Below are positions 27,955 to 38,237 of a stretch of 45,569 bases of DNA, piece after piece. Location of the stretch: NCBI GenBank assembly GCA_003009755.1, contig PXUB01000006.1, positions 1-45,569 of the forward strand, given 5' to 3'. Source of the stretch: Thermoplasmatales archaeon SW_10_69_26 (GTDB lineage: Archaea; Thermoplasmatota; SW-10-69-26). Each line of letters opens with the position of its first letter. Position 1 is the stretch's first letter. A program made the position numbers and the translations under genes. The notes beneath the pieces were generated by a model, which saw only the letters and a list, made by a program, of their open reading frames with translations, did no database searches and was not told the DNA's origin.

Positions 27955-28029
27955 TGGGCGAGACCGGATTTGAACCGGCGACCTCCCGGTTATCAGCCGG
28001 GTGCTCCAGCCTGGCTAAGCTACTCGCCC
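27955..28029 (-). tRNA. tRNA-Ile(GAT)
   Basis: GGGCGAG/CTCGCCC acceptor stem, CCCGG-CTGATAA-CCGGG anticodon arm, GGTTCAAATCC T arm; no encoded CCA; TTATAG ~27 nt upstream. Confidence 0.97.
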
Positions 28030-28066
28030 GGACGGGGCGGCGCTATCCAACTTCTCCTATAAGAGC

Positions 28067-28607
28067 GTGGTTGATGGTGCGTCGGCGTTGCACGGGTCCG
28101 ACGCGGCGCCGGAAGACACCCAGGGTTTTGACCGGCGCCTCGTGATGGTTCAGGGGTGGCAACGAGCAGAGCGGACCGGCTGGGAGTCGCAGGCTCGGCA
28201 AGCCTCGATCGTCGGCGTCGAGCCCGCGGTGGCCGGCATCGCGCCCGCCGTGGGGGGACAGGCTGTCGACGAACCGCGAACGGCAACGGTCCCGGCCGAG
28301 GGAGACGGCGCGATCTGCGGCTTCGTGTACGAGGGGATCGCGACCGAGGACAACGGGGGCGATGCCCAAGTGCTCGCCATCGGCCATAGCGGCGTCGTTG
28401 TCGCGACGAACGACACGGTCGGTGACGATGGCAACTACCGCCTGGAGGAGCTCTCGGGTAGCACCTACGACGTGGTCGCCGTGCTCCAAGAGCCCCGTCT
28501 GCTACCCAACCAGGAGACAGGTGTCGATCGGGGAAAGGGTCGAGTTCGTCACGTTCACCCTGAGCGATGAAACCTGGCTGGGTCATCACCCTGGCGGGAC
28601 AAGTTGA
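28067..28607 (+). pseudogene. Degraded secreted protein with carboxypeptidase-regulatory-like domain
   Basis: GAICGFVY...TVGDDGNYRLEELSGSTYDVVA; apparent frameshift continuing ERVEFVTFTL; no clean start. Confidence 0.45.
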
Positions 28608-28842
28608 GCGTGTCGTTCTCCCTCAAAGGAGAGTTACCGGGGCAGTCCGGAGGGAGCCTCCCGCGGCCACCAGTCCCCGTCACCGTCCATCACTGGAGTT
28701 CCGCCACCCGACCTGCTCGAAGTCCTCGTCGAACCCGAACGCCGCATCCACCCCGAGCCGTTGAGCCGGCTGTCGGTCCGTACATGTACGGTCCACCGGA
28801 CCGACTTCCCAGGCGGCAGGCTACCAGCCACCGGTGACATCC

Positions 28843-29433
28843 ATGACGAACGTAGCGATCATCGGTCAGGGGAACGTAGGCTTCGCGCTCGAGGAAGGGC
28901 TGGAACCGAGCGAGCACGACGTGAAGACGGTCGGCCACCAGGCCGACGAGGTCCACGACACCGCCGACTGGGGGGAGATCGTCGTCCTCGCCGTCCCGTT
29001 CGACGAACGCGAGAACGCCGTCGAGGAGATGGGCAACACCATCGAGGGCAAGACGCTCGTCGACGTCACGAACGCCATCACCGACGACAACGAGTACGCC
29101 TCGAGCACCGAGAAGTCCGGCGCCGAGGAGCTGCAGGAGATGGCCTCCGAGGCCAACGTCGTAAAGGCGTTCAACACCGTGTTCGCCGAGCAGATGAGCC
29201 AAGGCAACTCGCACGGCGAACCGCTGACGGTGTTCGTGGCCGGCGACAACGACACCGCCCGCCAGCACACCTCCTCGCTGGCCGAGGACATCGGGTTCGA
29301 GACGGCCGACACCGGCCCCCTCGAGAACGCCCGCTGGCTCGAAGGGATGGGCTACCTGCACGTCAAGCTCGCCTACGAGCAGGGGATGGGCGACGAGATC
29401 GGGTTCCACCTCGTCAACCCGAGGGGGAGCTAG
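28843..29433 (+). CDS. NADPH-dependent F420 reductase family oxidoreductase
   Basis: IIGQGNVG, VLAVP, VDVTN, SGAE, VVKAFNT, D.GPL.NAR.LE. Confidence 0.9.
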   Translation: MTNVAIIGQGNVGFALEEGLEPSEHDVKTVGHQADEVHDTADWGEIVVLAVPFDERENAVEEMGNTIEGKTLVDVTNAITDDNEYASSTEKSGAEELQEMASEANVVKAFNTVFAEQMSQGNSHGEPLTVFVAGDNDTARQHTSSLAEDIGFETADTGPLENARWLEGMGYLHVKLAYEQGMGDEIGFHLVNPRGS

Positions 29434-29599
29434 GCCGCCCACCGACCACGGCGAGGCCAACGACCACAGGCCGCCGGGAACGGCGGCGGAGGCAGGCGCC
29501 GGCCCGCCGGCCGACACCCCTCCTTGCTCGCCTTCCCGGGCGACCGGGGTTAAGCGCGGGCGTGGACGTACATCGAGCTCGAACGGTCAACCTCGAGTT

Positions 29600-30077
29600 G
29601 GGCCAGGCTCCCCACCGGATCCGCCGGATCCGTGCGGTCGGCGAGGTCACGGGCCAGCCGGATCGGGTCCTCGTGGAGACCTTCACGGCGTTCTCGAACG
29701 CCCACCCTGAGTCCACGATCCTCGAGGATCCCGCGGACCTCACGTTCTCCACCGACCCATTACCAGTGGTGGCCTGGTTACTGGTTAGGCGTCCCGTCAC
29801 CGCCGTCGCCGCTTACCGAAGAGCCCGACGGCGTCCACACCGTCCTCGATGCCCGCCATCATCCGGCCCGTTTGGGCACCGTGTGAGTCGGATCCAACGT
29901 CCACGTTGTCGTCCGCCGGGGAGTTGGAGCTGGTCGAAGGAGATCCTCGTCGAGCTCGTAGGAGGAGTGCTGGCCGGCGCGGAGGATGAAGACGTCCAGA
30001 CCTCGGTCCTCCCAGCTCGGATGACTGGGGTTCATCTTGATGATCTCCGGCCGGGTGCCGGGCACGATGCCGATCAC
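29600..30077 (-). pseudogene. wecB: UDP-N-acetylglucosamine 2-epimerase remnant
   Basis: GTRPEIIKM, GQH.SYELD and DVGSDSHGAQTGRMMAGIE across frameshifts; most of the gene missing; GTGA overlap with the upstream gene; lower boundary approximate. Confidence 0.8.
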
Positions 30078-30877
30078 AGGAACCGCCCTCCTTGGTCTCG
30101 GAACGCCTTCCCGTCCTGTGTTCGCGGCGACTGGGAGGGACGACTTTTGCGAACGACGGGCCGGCGGTCGACGGTGCCTTCGTCGATGTCGCGAAGCGTA
30201 CCGATGAGGAGCTCGGCTCCGTACGGTGAGAACCGGCGACGCAGCGAATCCCACGATTCCGATTCACGGATCGGAACGTGCCCTTGGGCGAGGATCGGCC
30301 CGATCTCGGTCCCCTCGGCGACCTCGTGCACGGTGACCGTCGCCTCGTCTTCTCCGTTCTTGAGGGCCCAGAACCCGGGGTTCGATTCCTGCAGATCCCC
30401 GTGTTGGAGGGTCAGGCAGGCTTCGTTCGGTGCGTCCAGCAGATCCGAGCCGAACGGCTCCTCGGTGCCCAGCGAGACGACGACGTCGACGTCCTCCTGG
30501 CGCAGGAACCGGACGTGCTCGGGGTGGTTGACCCGATCGAACCCGAGGACGGGGACGTCGTGATCTCGGGCCACACTGGAGACCGTCTGCGGGGAGTTCA
30601 CGAGGTCCAGCAGCTTTCGCTTGCCGACCTGGAAGCCGAACCAGAGGGAAGCATACGGACCCAGGAAGTCCAGGTAGTAGCCGGCGTTGTCGAGCCGCGA
30701 AGACTCCCTCTCGAGCGGGAGCACGCCTCGCACGTCCACGTTCTCAGGCAGCTCGGTCAGCAAGTAGTCGGCCATCTCGGGCGTGTAGAGCACCGATTCC
30801 TCTGCGACGATCGTCACCCGCATCGCGTCGGTGCTCTCGTCCTCCGGCTCCTGCAGCTCCTGTAACTCCTCGGTCAT
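30074..30877 (-). CDS. Formyltransferase-like protein (degenerate)
   Basis: VN.PE, DVVVS, PGFWALKNGE, TVH.V.EG...GPILAQ; ATGA overlap with glmS. Confidence 0.75.
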   Translation of the reverse strand: MTEELQELQEPEDESTDAMRVTIVAEESVLYTPEMADYLLTELPENVDVRGVLPLERESSRLDNAGYYLDFLGPYASLWFGFQVGKRKLLDLVNSPQTVSSVARDHDVPVLGFDRVNHPEHVRFLRQEDVDVVVSLGTEEPFGSDLLDAPNEACLTLQHGDLQESNPGFWALKNGEDEATVTVHEVAEGTEIGPILAQGHVPIRESESWDSLRRRFSPYGAELLIGTLRDIDEGTVDRRPVVRKSRPSQSPRTQDGKAFRDQGGRFL

Positions 30878-32730
30878 TCGACGGTCACGCTCTTCGCCAG
30901 GTTGCGCGGCTTGTCCACGTTGCAGCCCCGCTCGACGGCGCACTGGTAGGCGATCCGTTGGCCTTGGACGAGCGCGCTGTAGACGAACCCGGCCTCGGTC
31001 TTCGAGGCGACGGGCACGGTCTGGAAGCCCCGCTCCTCGATCGGTTGCGGCTCGTCGGTGATGGCGATGACGTCGGCGCCGCGGGCAGCGACCTCGCTCA
31101 TCGACGAGATCATCGCCTCAGGATCCTCGGCCGTCCGCGGAGCCAGGGCCAGGACGGGCGTGCCCTCCTCGACGAGGGCGAGCGGTCCGTGCTTGAGCTC
31201 GCCGGCGGGGAAGGCCTCGGCGTGGACGTAGCTGATCTCCTTGATCTTGAGCGCGATCTCCTCGGCCAACGGGTGGTTGGGGCCGGAGCCGAGGACGAAG
31301 CAGCGGTCGTGGTCGGCCAGGCGTTGGCCGACGGCGTTGGCGGGGCCGGCCTCGTCGAGCGTAGCCTGGACCTGCGTGGGCACGTCCTGCAGGTGGTCCA
31401 GCTCCTCGCGGACCCGGGGATCGGGCGTGAACCCGCGCAGGTGGGCCAGGTGGGCGGCCAGGTTGTGCAGGACGGCCAGCTGGCTGGCGAACGTCTTCGT
31501 GGCCGCGACGCTGATCTCGGGCCCGGCGCGGATCGGGACCCAACCGTGCGCGGTGCGCGTGGCCGTGGACCCGTTCGTGTTCGTGACGGCCAACGTCGTG
31601 AACCCGGCCTGCTTGGCGGCCTCGAGCGCGCGAAGCGTGTCGGCGGTCTCGCCGGATTGCGTGACGGCGACGACGGCGGCGCGGTCGGTCTGCCAGGGGT
31701 TGGGTTCGTACTCGCTGGCGCGCTCGACGCGGGCCTCGATGCCGGCCAGTTGCTCGAACTCGTGCGCGGCGGCGAGGGCGGCGTTGTACGAGGAGCCGCA
31801 GGCGATGAAGATCAGTTGGTCGTGGTCGGCGACCTGGGCGAGATCGATGCCGCGGTCCCGCGCGGTCTCGTTCGACGGCGAGCAGGTCGGGGTGTCGCCG
31901 TCGTTGAGCTCGATGGAGCCAGGCTGGGTGCGGCCGGTGAGCGCCTCGCGCAAGGCGCGGGGCTGCTCGTGCATCTCCTTGAGCATGAAGTGCGGGAACC
32001 CGGCCTTGGTGGCGTCCTCGAGATCCCAGGCGACCTGCTCGGCTTGGACGGGCTCGGTCCGCTGGCCGTCGACGATCAGGCCTTGGGGGGTCAGGCGGAC
32101 GAGATCGCCGTCCTCGAGGTGGACGACGCGGTCGGTGTGCTCGCGGAAGGCCACGATGTCGGAGGCCAGGTACAACGCGCCGTCGTCGATGCCGACGACG
32201 AGCGGGGACTCATGCCGGGTGCCGACGACGAGGTTGGGCTCGTCGGCGTGCACAGCCAGGATGGCGTAGGAGCCCTCCAGCCGATGGCGGGCCTGGCGCA
32301 GGGCTTGGCCCAGGTCGCCGGTGGCCTGGTAGGCGTCCTCGATGAGGTGGGCGATGACCTCGGTGTCCGTCGTGGAGGTGAACGCGTGACCGTCTTGGCG
32401 GAGCTGTTGGCGCAGCTCGTCGTGGTTCTCGATGATGCCGTTGTGCGCGATGGCGATGCGCCCGGCACAGTCAGTGTGCGGGTGGGCGTTGGCCTCGTTG
32501 GGCTCGCCATGCGTGGCCCAGCGCGTGTGGGCGAGGCCGAACGTGGAGTGCGGGATGTGCGTGGGCTCGATCGCTTCCACACGGCCGGCGGTCTTGTCGA
32601 CTTGGATATCGCCCTCGTGGGCGACGGCGATCCCGGCCGAGTCGTAGCCGCGGTACTCGAGCCGTTTGAGGCCATCGTGCAGGACTTGGGCGGCGTCCTC
32701 GACGCCGATGCAGCCCAGGATCCCGCACAT
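30874..32730 (-). CDS. glmS: Glutamine--fructose-6-phosphate aminotransferase
   Basis: MCGI, LEYRGYDSAG, HTRWATHG, TQSGETADT, ELKHGPLAL, PRNLAKSVTVE. Confidence 0.97.
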   Translation of the reverse strand: MCGILGCIGVEDAAQVLHDGLKRLEYRGYDSAGIAVAHEGDIQVDKTAGRVEAIEPTHIPHSTFGLAHTRWATHGEPNEANAHPHTDCAGRIAIAHNGIIENHDELRQQLRQDGHAFTSTTDTEVIAHLIEDAYQATGDLGQALRQARHRLEGSYAILAVHADEPNLVVGTRHESPLVVGIDDGALYLASDIVAFREHTDRVVHLEDGDLVRLTPQGLIVDGQRTEPVQAEQVAWDLEDATKAGFPHFMLKEMHEQPRALREALTGRTQPGSIELNDGDTPTCSPSNETARDRGIDLAQVADHDQLIFIACGSSYNAALAAAHEFEQLAGIEARVERASEYEPNPWQTDRAAVVAVTQSGETADTLRALEAAKQAGFTTLAVTNTNGSTATRTAHGWVPIRAGPEISVAATKTFASQLAVLHNLAAHLAHLRGFTPDPRVREELDHLQDVPTQVQATLDEAGPANAVGQRLADHDRCFVLGSGPNHPLAEEIALKIKEISYVHAEAFPAGELKHGPLALVEEGTPVLALAPRTAEDPEAMISSMSEVAARGADVIAITDEPQPIEERGFQTVPVASKTEAGFVYSALVQGQRIAYQCAVERGCNVDKPRNLAKSVTVE

Positions 32731-32911
32731 CAGTCGATCGGCCTCCCTCGGCTGGCTCCGGTCCTCCGGGTTGGGTTGTGCCTGCACGTCCGCATGATCA
32801 GCCTCCTGTCCCCCACGGTCGGGCGGGACCCGAATGCGGCAGAGGGAAAGCAAATAGTTTTCGATGTGACGGCGAACGACGCTGGCCACGCTTCCCCGTG
32901 GTCGATCGCGC

Positions 32912-34078
32912 TCACGTGACCCAGCCTCCGTCGGGGATGCGGCCGGTGAGGCGGGCGCCGGCGGCGATCTCGGCGTTGGCGCCCACGATCGTCCCTGGCT
33001 CCAGCGTGGCGCCGGGCCCGATCTCGACGCCGGGTCCCACGATGGCGCCGAACCGGGGCAGCTGGTGGGCCTGGCCGTCCTCGGCGATGACCTCGGCTTC
33101 GGCGGCGCCGATCGTGACGTCGGCGCCGATCGTGGCGGCCTCGCCGACGACGCTGTCCTCGACGACGGCGCCGCGGCCGATCTTGACGCCCTCCAACAGG
33201 AGGGCCGAGCTGACCTGGGCGTGGGCGCCCAGGCGGGTGTTGGCGCTGAGGCTGGTGGGGCCCTCGACGACGGCTTGGGGGCCCAACCGGCAGCCCTCGT
33301 CGAACTGCACCTGACCGACGTGCGTGGCCGTCGGGTGGGCATCGAGGGTGTCGGGGTCGGCCGGTTGGTGCAGGTGGAGCAGGTGCTCGGTCATCGGGAC
33401 CAGGTCCCACGGGTAGACGGCGTCGTGCCATCGCCCCGTGGTGAGGCTGGCCTCGATCGTGTGGCCCTCCGCGAGGATGCTGGCCAGGACCTCGGGGAGG
33501 TCGGTGGTGCCCTCGCGCACGAGCCGCGTGACGGGGTCGAGGGCTTGGCGGCTGAGCAGGTAGACGCCGGTGCTGATCAGGGCCTGGCCCTCGACGAGCG
33601 GTTTCTCGCGCAGGGAGGTGATGACGTCGCCGTCGAGCTCGACGACGCCGTAGCGGGAGGGGATGTTGGACTTGGTTACCCCGATGGCATCGGGCCCGGT
33701 GGCGATCAGGTCCTCGAGCAAGGCGGGCTCGATCACGTTGTCGGCGCCGAGCACGAGCGCCGAGGAGGGCAGCCCCTGGGCTTCCAGCGCCTCGGAGAGC
33801 GCGTGCGCGCTGCCGAGCTGGGGTTGCTGGTGGACGTAGTCGAGCTCGAGACCGATGTCCTTGCCGTCCTGGAGGTGGGCTTGGATCTTCTCGGCCTGGT
33901 GACCGACGACGATCGTGGCCCGATCGAGACCGGCCTCCCGCAGGCTGTGCAGGCACCACTCGATCATCGGGCGCCCGGCGACGGGCACCATCGGCTTGGG
34001 ACGCGATCGCGTCAGCGGCCGAAGGCGCGAGCCGCGGCCACCGGCGAGCACGATCGGGATCGGAGATTTCTGAGGCAT
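32912..34078 (-). CDS. Bifunctional sugar-1-phosphate nucleotidylyltransferase/acetyltransferase (GlmU-like)
   Basis: LAGGRGSRLRPLT..RPKPM, EKP, YPWDL, hexapeptide repeats. Confidence 0.92.
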   Translation of the reverse strand: MPQKSPIPIVLAGGRGSRLRPLTRSRPKPMVPVAGRPMIEWCLHSLREAGLDRATIVVGHQAEKIQAHLQDGKDIGLELDYVHQQPQLGSAHALSEALEAQGLPSSALVLGADNVIEPALLEDLIATGPDAIGVTKSNIPSRYGVVELDGDVITSLREKPLVEGQALISTGVYLLSRQALDPVTRLVREGTTDLPEVLASILAEGHTIEASLTTGRWHDAVYPWDLVPMTEHLLHLHQPADPDTLDAHPTATHVGQVQFDEGCRLGPQAVVEGPTSLSANTRLGAHAQVSSALLLEGVKIGRGAVVEDSVVGEAATIGADVTIGAAEAEVIAEDGQAHQLPRFGAIVGPGVEIGPGATLEPGTIVGANAEIAAGARLTGRIPDGGWVT

Positions 34079-34130
34079 GGTGGGACCCACCGAAACGACA
34101 GCAGGGACCCTGTCAGCACGGGCGACCCCG

Positions 34131-34607
34131 ATGAGTCCTGCGGTCGTCGGTCGACCTCGGAGGGGTCTCCTGGTCGGTGGGTTACCTCCCGTCGGGGATC
34201 TCCTCCGGCGGGAGCGGCTGGGGCAGTCGGGATCGAGCCTCGTCGAGGCGGCGGGCGCCCTCGGTGGCTTGCCCGTTCTCGTGACCGTTGGCCTTGCTGT
34301 GGCCGTTGGCGGCAGCGACCCCGCGGCCGTCCGCCGGATCGATCAGACCCGCGAGGAGGCCCCGGTTCGCCGGCGCCGATCCGCGGCGGGCTCCCGCTGC
34401 TGGGCGTACTCGTCCTCCAGCAGGTTGACGCCGGCCACCGTTCGACTGCGAGGGCACCGCCAGCGGCGAGCAAGCCTGCGAGGACGAGACGTGGAAGACC
34501 GGCGACTCGTTACAGTGACCGTGACCGCCCGCGGCCTGGATGCCCAGATCGACGGACAGTCCGTCACCTGGGACACCCCACGCTCGGAGACGCTGACCGT
34601 CGAGTAG
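34131..34607 (+). pseudogene. Possible degraded membrane/surface protein gene
   Basis: Patchy protein-like segments (hydrophobic stretch, C-terminal ...VTWDTPRSETLTVE*) in a gap between divergent clusters. Confidence 0.25.
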
Positions 34608-34887
34608 CGCGTCCACCCCAGGGCCGGCGCCACCGGCCCCTCCCCCCTTCCTTTCCCTTTCTCTTCTCCCCCCGCCAGCCCGAGCCTTGTCCCTGTTCCT
34701 CCGACATGTCTGCGCCTCCGAGCCCTTAGGGCCGACGAGCTGCGAAGGACAAGACCGAGGCGGCCGGTCTCGCCCAGGAGGAGCCTTCCCTGTCGTCCAC
34801 GCACTCGCTCGCGAACGTCCACGCCTGCTCGAGGTCCCACCGACCGGCAAGCGGCTGCCCGTGGGGACGAACGCGCGAGGAGGTCGG

Positions 34888-36114
34888 GTGAGCCCCGTGC
34901 AGGCGCGCCCCCAGGCCCCCCAGACGGTCGAGCCCTACACCCCACAGGGCGAGGAGCTGGCGATCGGGTTCGTCTCGGACGTGATGTACCCCTTCCACGT
35001 CGGCGGCGCCGAGAAGCGCATCTACGAGATCGGGCGCCGCCTGTCCGAGAACCACGAGGTCCACCTGTTCACGATGGGGTGGGGCCAGGACGGCGCCGAC
35101 GAGATGCTCGACGGCATGCACATGCACAAGGTCGGGCCCGTGCGGTCGGTGTACGCCGACGGCGACGGCCGGCGCAGCACCCGCTCCTCGCTCTTGTTCG
35201 CCAAAGACTGTCTGCGAGCGATCCCGACGAACGAGTTCGACGTGCTCGACTTCACCCAGGCCCCCTACCTGCACTTCCTGGCCCACCGGCTGTTCAAGCC
35301 CTGGGACTTCACGCCGACGATCTTCACGGTGCACGACACCTGGTGGCCCCACTGGGACGACTACCTGTCGAACCCGATCCAACGCCAGCTGGCGCGCTGG
35401 GTGGAGAAGACATCCTACCAGCTGGCCGACGAGATCCTGGCCGTCTCCCAGACGACCGCCTACGGCATCCGGCAGACCGGCGTGGACCCCGACAAGATCC
35501 ACGTCGCCCCCAACGGCGTGGACTTCGAGCAGCTGGCCAACTCCACCCCGGACGAGGACGGCTACGACATCGTCTACACCGGCCGCCTCAACGGGTACAA
35601 GAACGTCGACCTGCTCGTCCAGGCCGTCAAGTGCTTGGAGGCCTGGGGCCACGACGTCTGCGCCGGCATCGTCGGCCAAGGCCCCGAGCGCGAGCACCTC
35701 GAGGAGCTCGTGCACGATCAGCACCTCGAGGACCGCGTCGAGCTGCTGGGCTATCTGCCGGACATCGAGGACGTCTACGGCCTCATGAAGGCCTCCAACG
35801 TGCTCGTGCAACCCTCGAACGTGGAGGGGTTCGGCATCGTGGCCCTCGAAGCCCTCTCGACGGGGACGCCGGTGTTGACCCTGGATTCGGCCACGAACGC
35901 CACGACCGAGCTCGTGCTCGACGACGAGCTGGGCGACACCTTCGGGCCGCCCGCCACGAACCTGGCCGCCAAGCTCGAGCGCTGGATCTACCGGGACGAG
36001 GACCCGCGCAAGAAGACCGTGCGCCAGCAGTTCGGCCGCGTGCTGGATTGGAACCGCGTGGCCGAGCGCGTCGACCGCTTGTACCATGACGTCGCCGAGC
36101 GAGGCGCGCCATGA
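34888..36114 (+). CDS. GT4 glycosyltransferase
   Basis: YPFHVGGAEKR, PNGVD, GRL..K, EGFGIVALEA; GGAGGT before the GTG. Confidence 0.93.
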   Translation: MSPVQARPQAPQTVEPYTPQGEELAIGFVSDVMYPFHVGGAEKRIYEIGRRLSENHEVHLFTMGWGQDGADEMLDGMHMHKVGPVRSVYADGDGRRSTRSSLLFAKDCLRAIPTNEFDVLDFTQAPYLHFLAHRLFKPWDFTPTIFTVHDTWWPHWDDYLSNPIQRQLARWVEKTSYQLADEILAVSQTTAYGIRQTGVDPDKIHVAPNGVDFEQLANSTPDEDGYDIVYTGRLNGYKNVDLLVQAVKCLEAWGHDVCAGIVGQGPEREHLEELVHDQHLEDRVELLGYLPDIEDVYGLMKASNVLVQPSNVEGFGIVALEALSTGTPVLTLDSATNATTELVLDDELGDTFGPPATNLAAKLERWIYRDEDPRKKTVRQQFGRVLDWNRVAERVDRLYHDVAERGAP

Positions 36115-37286
36115 GCCCGTCCACGACGGGCCGCTCCACCTTGCGGGTGCTCAACGCCGCCCCCTACTACTGGCCGGAGGTCGGCGGCCTGGAGAACGTG
36201 GCCAAGCAGATCACCGACCGGTTGAACGCGCGAGAGGGCTTCGAGGTCGTGCCCGTGGCCAGCTGCTCGTGCAAAGACGTGAACCAGGCCCACCGACTGG
36301 ACGGCGGCACCGTGCACCTGCCGACGCTGGCGCGGCTGTTCCACACCCCGGTCGGCGCCCGGTGGCGCTCGCAGCTCGCGGAGCTCATCGCCGACGAGGA
36401 CGCCGACCTCGTGCTCACGCACACGCCCGTGCCCGGCATGGCCGACGCCGCCGTCCGCGCCGCCCACAGCCAGGGCGTTCCCTCGGTCCTGTTCCACCAC
36501 AACGACCTCGACCCCCGGCACACCCTGCACCGCACGGCGATCGCCGCCTACCGCTGGGCGCTGGGCGAACGCACACTGGCGCTGGCCGACCGGATCCTCG
36601 TCACCTCCGACGCCTACGCCGCCTCCAGCGACGAGCTGGCCCCCCACCGGGGCAAGACCGAAGCCGTCCCGCCGGGCGTCGACACGGACCGCTACCACCC
36701 CGCCAACGCCGCCGAGGCCACCCCACCCGAGATCGTGTTCGTCGGCCGCCTGGACCACACCAGCTCGCACAAGGGCCTGCCCGTCCTCTTCGAAGCGTTC
36801 GCCCGCCTGGCCGCGAACCACGAGGCCCGCCTCTCGGTCGTCGGCGACGGCGACCGCCGGGCCAGCTACGAGCAGATGACGCGCGAGCTCGGGATCGAGG
36901 ACCGGTGCACCTTCCACGGGTTCGTCGCCGACGACAAGCTGGCCGAGATCTACGCCCGAGCTCGCACCGTGTGCCTGCCCAGCACCACGCGCTCGGAGGG
37001 CTTCGGTCTCGTGTTGCTAGAGGGTCAAGCCTCCGGCACCCCGGTCGTGGGCTCCAACGTCGGCGGCATCCCGCAAGCCATCGAGGAGCCGCGCACCGGG
37101 TACCTCGTGCCCCCGGGTGACCCCGACGGGCTGGCGGCCAAGCTGGCGCGCCTGATCGAGGACCCCCAGCGGGCTCGCGAGATGGGCCACGCCGGCCGCC
37201 AGCGCGTCGTGGAGCGCTTCTCGTGGGACGCCGCGATAGAGACTTTGGTGGAAACCCTCCATCTCTACAGCCGTTCTCACGTGTAG
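36111..37286 (+). CDS. GT4 glycosyltransferase
   Basis: PYYWPEVGGLE, PPGVD, FVGRLD...KG, EGFGLVLLEG. Confidence 0.94.
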   Translation: MSPSTTGRSTLRVLNAAPYYWPEVGGLENVAKQITDRLNAREGFEVVPVASCSCKDVNQAHRLDGGTVHLPTLARLFHTPVGARWRSQLAELIADEDADLVLTHTPVPGMADAAVRAAHSQGVPSVLFHHNDLDPRHTLHRTAIAAYRWALGERTLALADRILVTSDAYAASSDELAPHRGKTEAVPPGVDTDRYHPANAAEATPPEIVFVGRLDHTSSHKGLPVLFEAFARLAANHEARLSVVGDGDRRASYEQMTRELGIEDRCTFHGFVADDKLAEIYARARTVCLPSTTRSEGFGLVLLEGQASGTPVVGSNVGGIPQAIEEPRTGYLVPPGDPDGLAAKLARLIEDPQRAREMGHAGRQRVVERFSWDAAIETLVETLHLYSRSHV

Positions 37287-37330
37287 GGGTCGAGTCACGT
37301 TGAGTTGGGTGACCTCCAGAACCAGGTTCC

Positions 37331-38059
37331 ATGCAACCCAGCCACCGGATCAAGCTCGCCGTGCGGGCCTCGCCCCCGCTGTGGAGCGCCTACGTGGCTG
37401 CGAGGTTCCCGTCACAGCGCTGGAAGCGAGCACGTGATGCGGTGTGCCTGCCCCACCACGATCTGGTCCTCGACGGCTACCCGCGCTCGGCGAACTCGTA
37501 CATGTTCAACTTCGCGGCCCGGTTCCTCGACGGCCACCGCATCGTGCATCACAGTCACGCGAGCGCGACGCTCAAGATGGCTCGCCGCTTCGGCGTGCCG
37601 ACGTTCGTCCTCGTGCGCGACCCGATGGATGCGGTCACCTCCAACGTCATCCGCTCAGGTGGCAACCTGCCCTACCACGAGGCCCACTACGCCCAGTACC
37701 ACCGCTACGTCGACGACCACCGGGAGGCCTTCACCGTCGTCCCGTTCCAGACGGCGATCGAGGATCCCACGCGCGTCCTGGCCGAGATCGAGACCTCCCT
37801 GGGCCAAGAGCCCTCACGGCCCTCGCCGGAGGCCGTGGCCGAGGCCGAGGCGGCGATCTCGGCCCACCTGGAGCGGTTGGCCGAGGACAAGTACGGCGAC
37901 AAGGCCGACGCCAAGAAGGCGGTGCCGGACGAGGACCGCGAGCAGCAGAAGGCTCGCGTGCGGGAGACGGTGCGCGAGCGCGGACCGGTCGCCGAGCTCG
38001 ACGCCCTCTACGAGGCGCTGGTGGGCGATGCCCCCCTGGCGCGGCAAGCGCCCGCGTGA
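37331..38059 (+). CDS. Sulfotransferase-like protein
   Basis: 5'-PSB-like DGYPRSANSY and 3'-PB-like VLVRDPMDAVTS. Confidence 0.7.
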   Translation: MQPSHRIKLAVRASPPLWSAYVAARFPSQRWKRARDAVCLPHHDLVLDGYPRSANSYMFNFAARFLDGHRIVHHSHASATLKMARRFGVPTFVLVRDPMDAVTSNVIRSGGNLPYHEAHYAQYHRYVDDHREAFTVVPFQTAIEDPTRVLAEIETSLGQEPSRPSPEAVAEAEAAISAHLERLAEDKYGDKADAKKAVPDEDREQQKARVRETVRERGPVAELDALYEALVGDAPLARQAPA

Positions 38060-38237
38060 GCCATATGTCGGGCACACGCGGCCCCTTTTGGCCTCTCAGC
38101 CCCCCTAGTCCTCCCGGGCCCCCGGCCCAGGAGGACGCCTCGTCGGTGCTCTTGCAACCTGATCGTCGTCGGCCTGTCTTGCCCGTTCGGGAAGCGAACG
38201 AGCGACCGCTGCTTCGGTTCGACCGAGGGCCAGCCCC

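Noticed and set aside
27803-27962. Integrated provirus or genomic island at tRNA-Ile
   Set aside because: The duplicate is only 11 bp and 149 bp away, with no integrase or cargo.
32731-32911. glmS ribozyme upstream of glmS
   Set aside because: No recognisable ribozyme core; an AT-rich archaeal promoter-like stretch explains the gap.
34615-34680. Pyrimidine tract as a repeat element
   Set aside because: Single low-complexity stretch after a stop codon, at most terminator-like.
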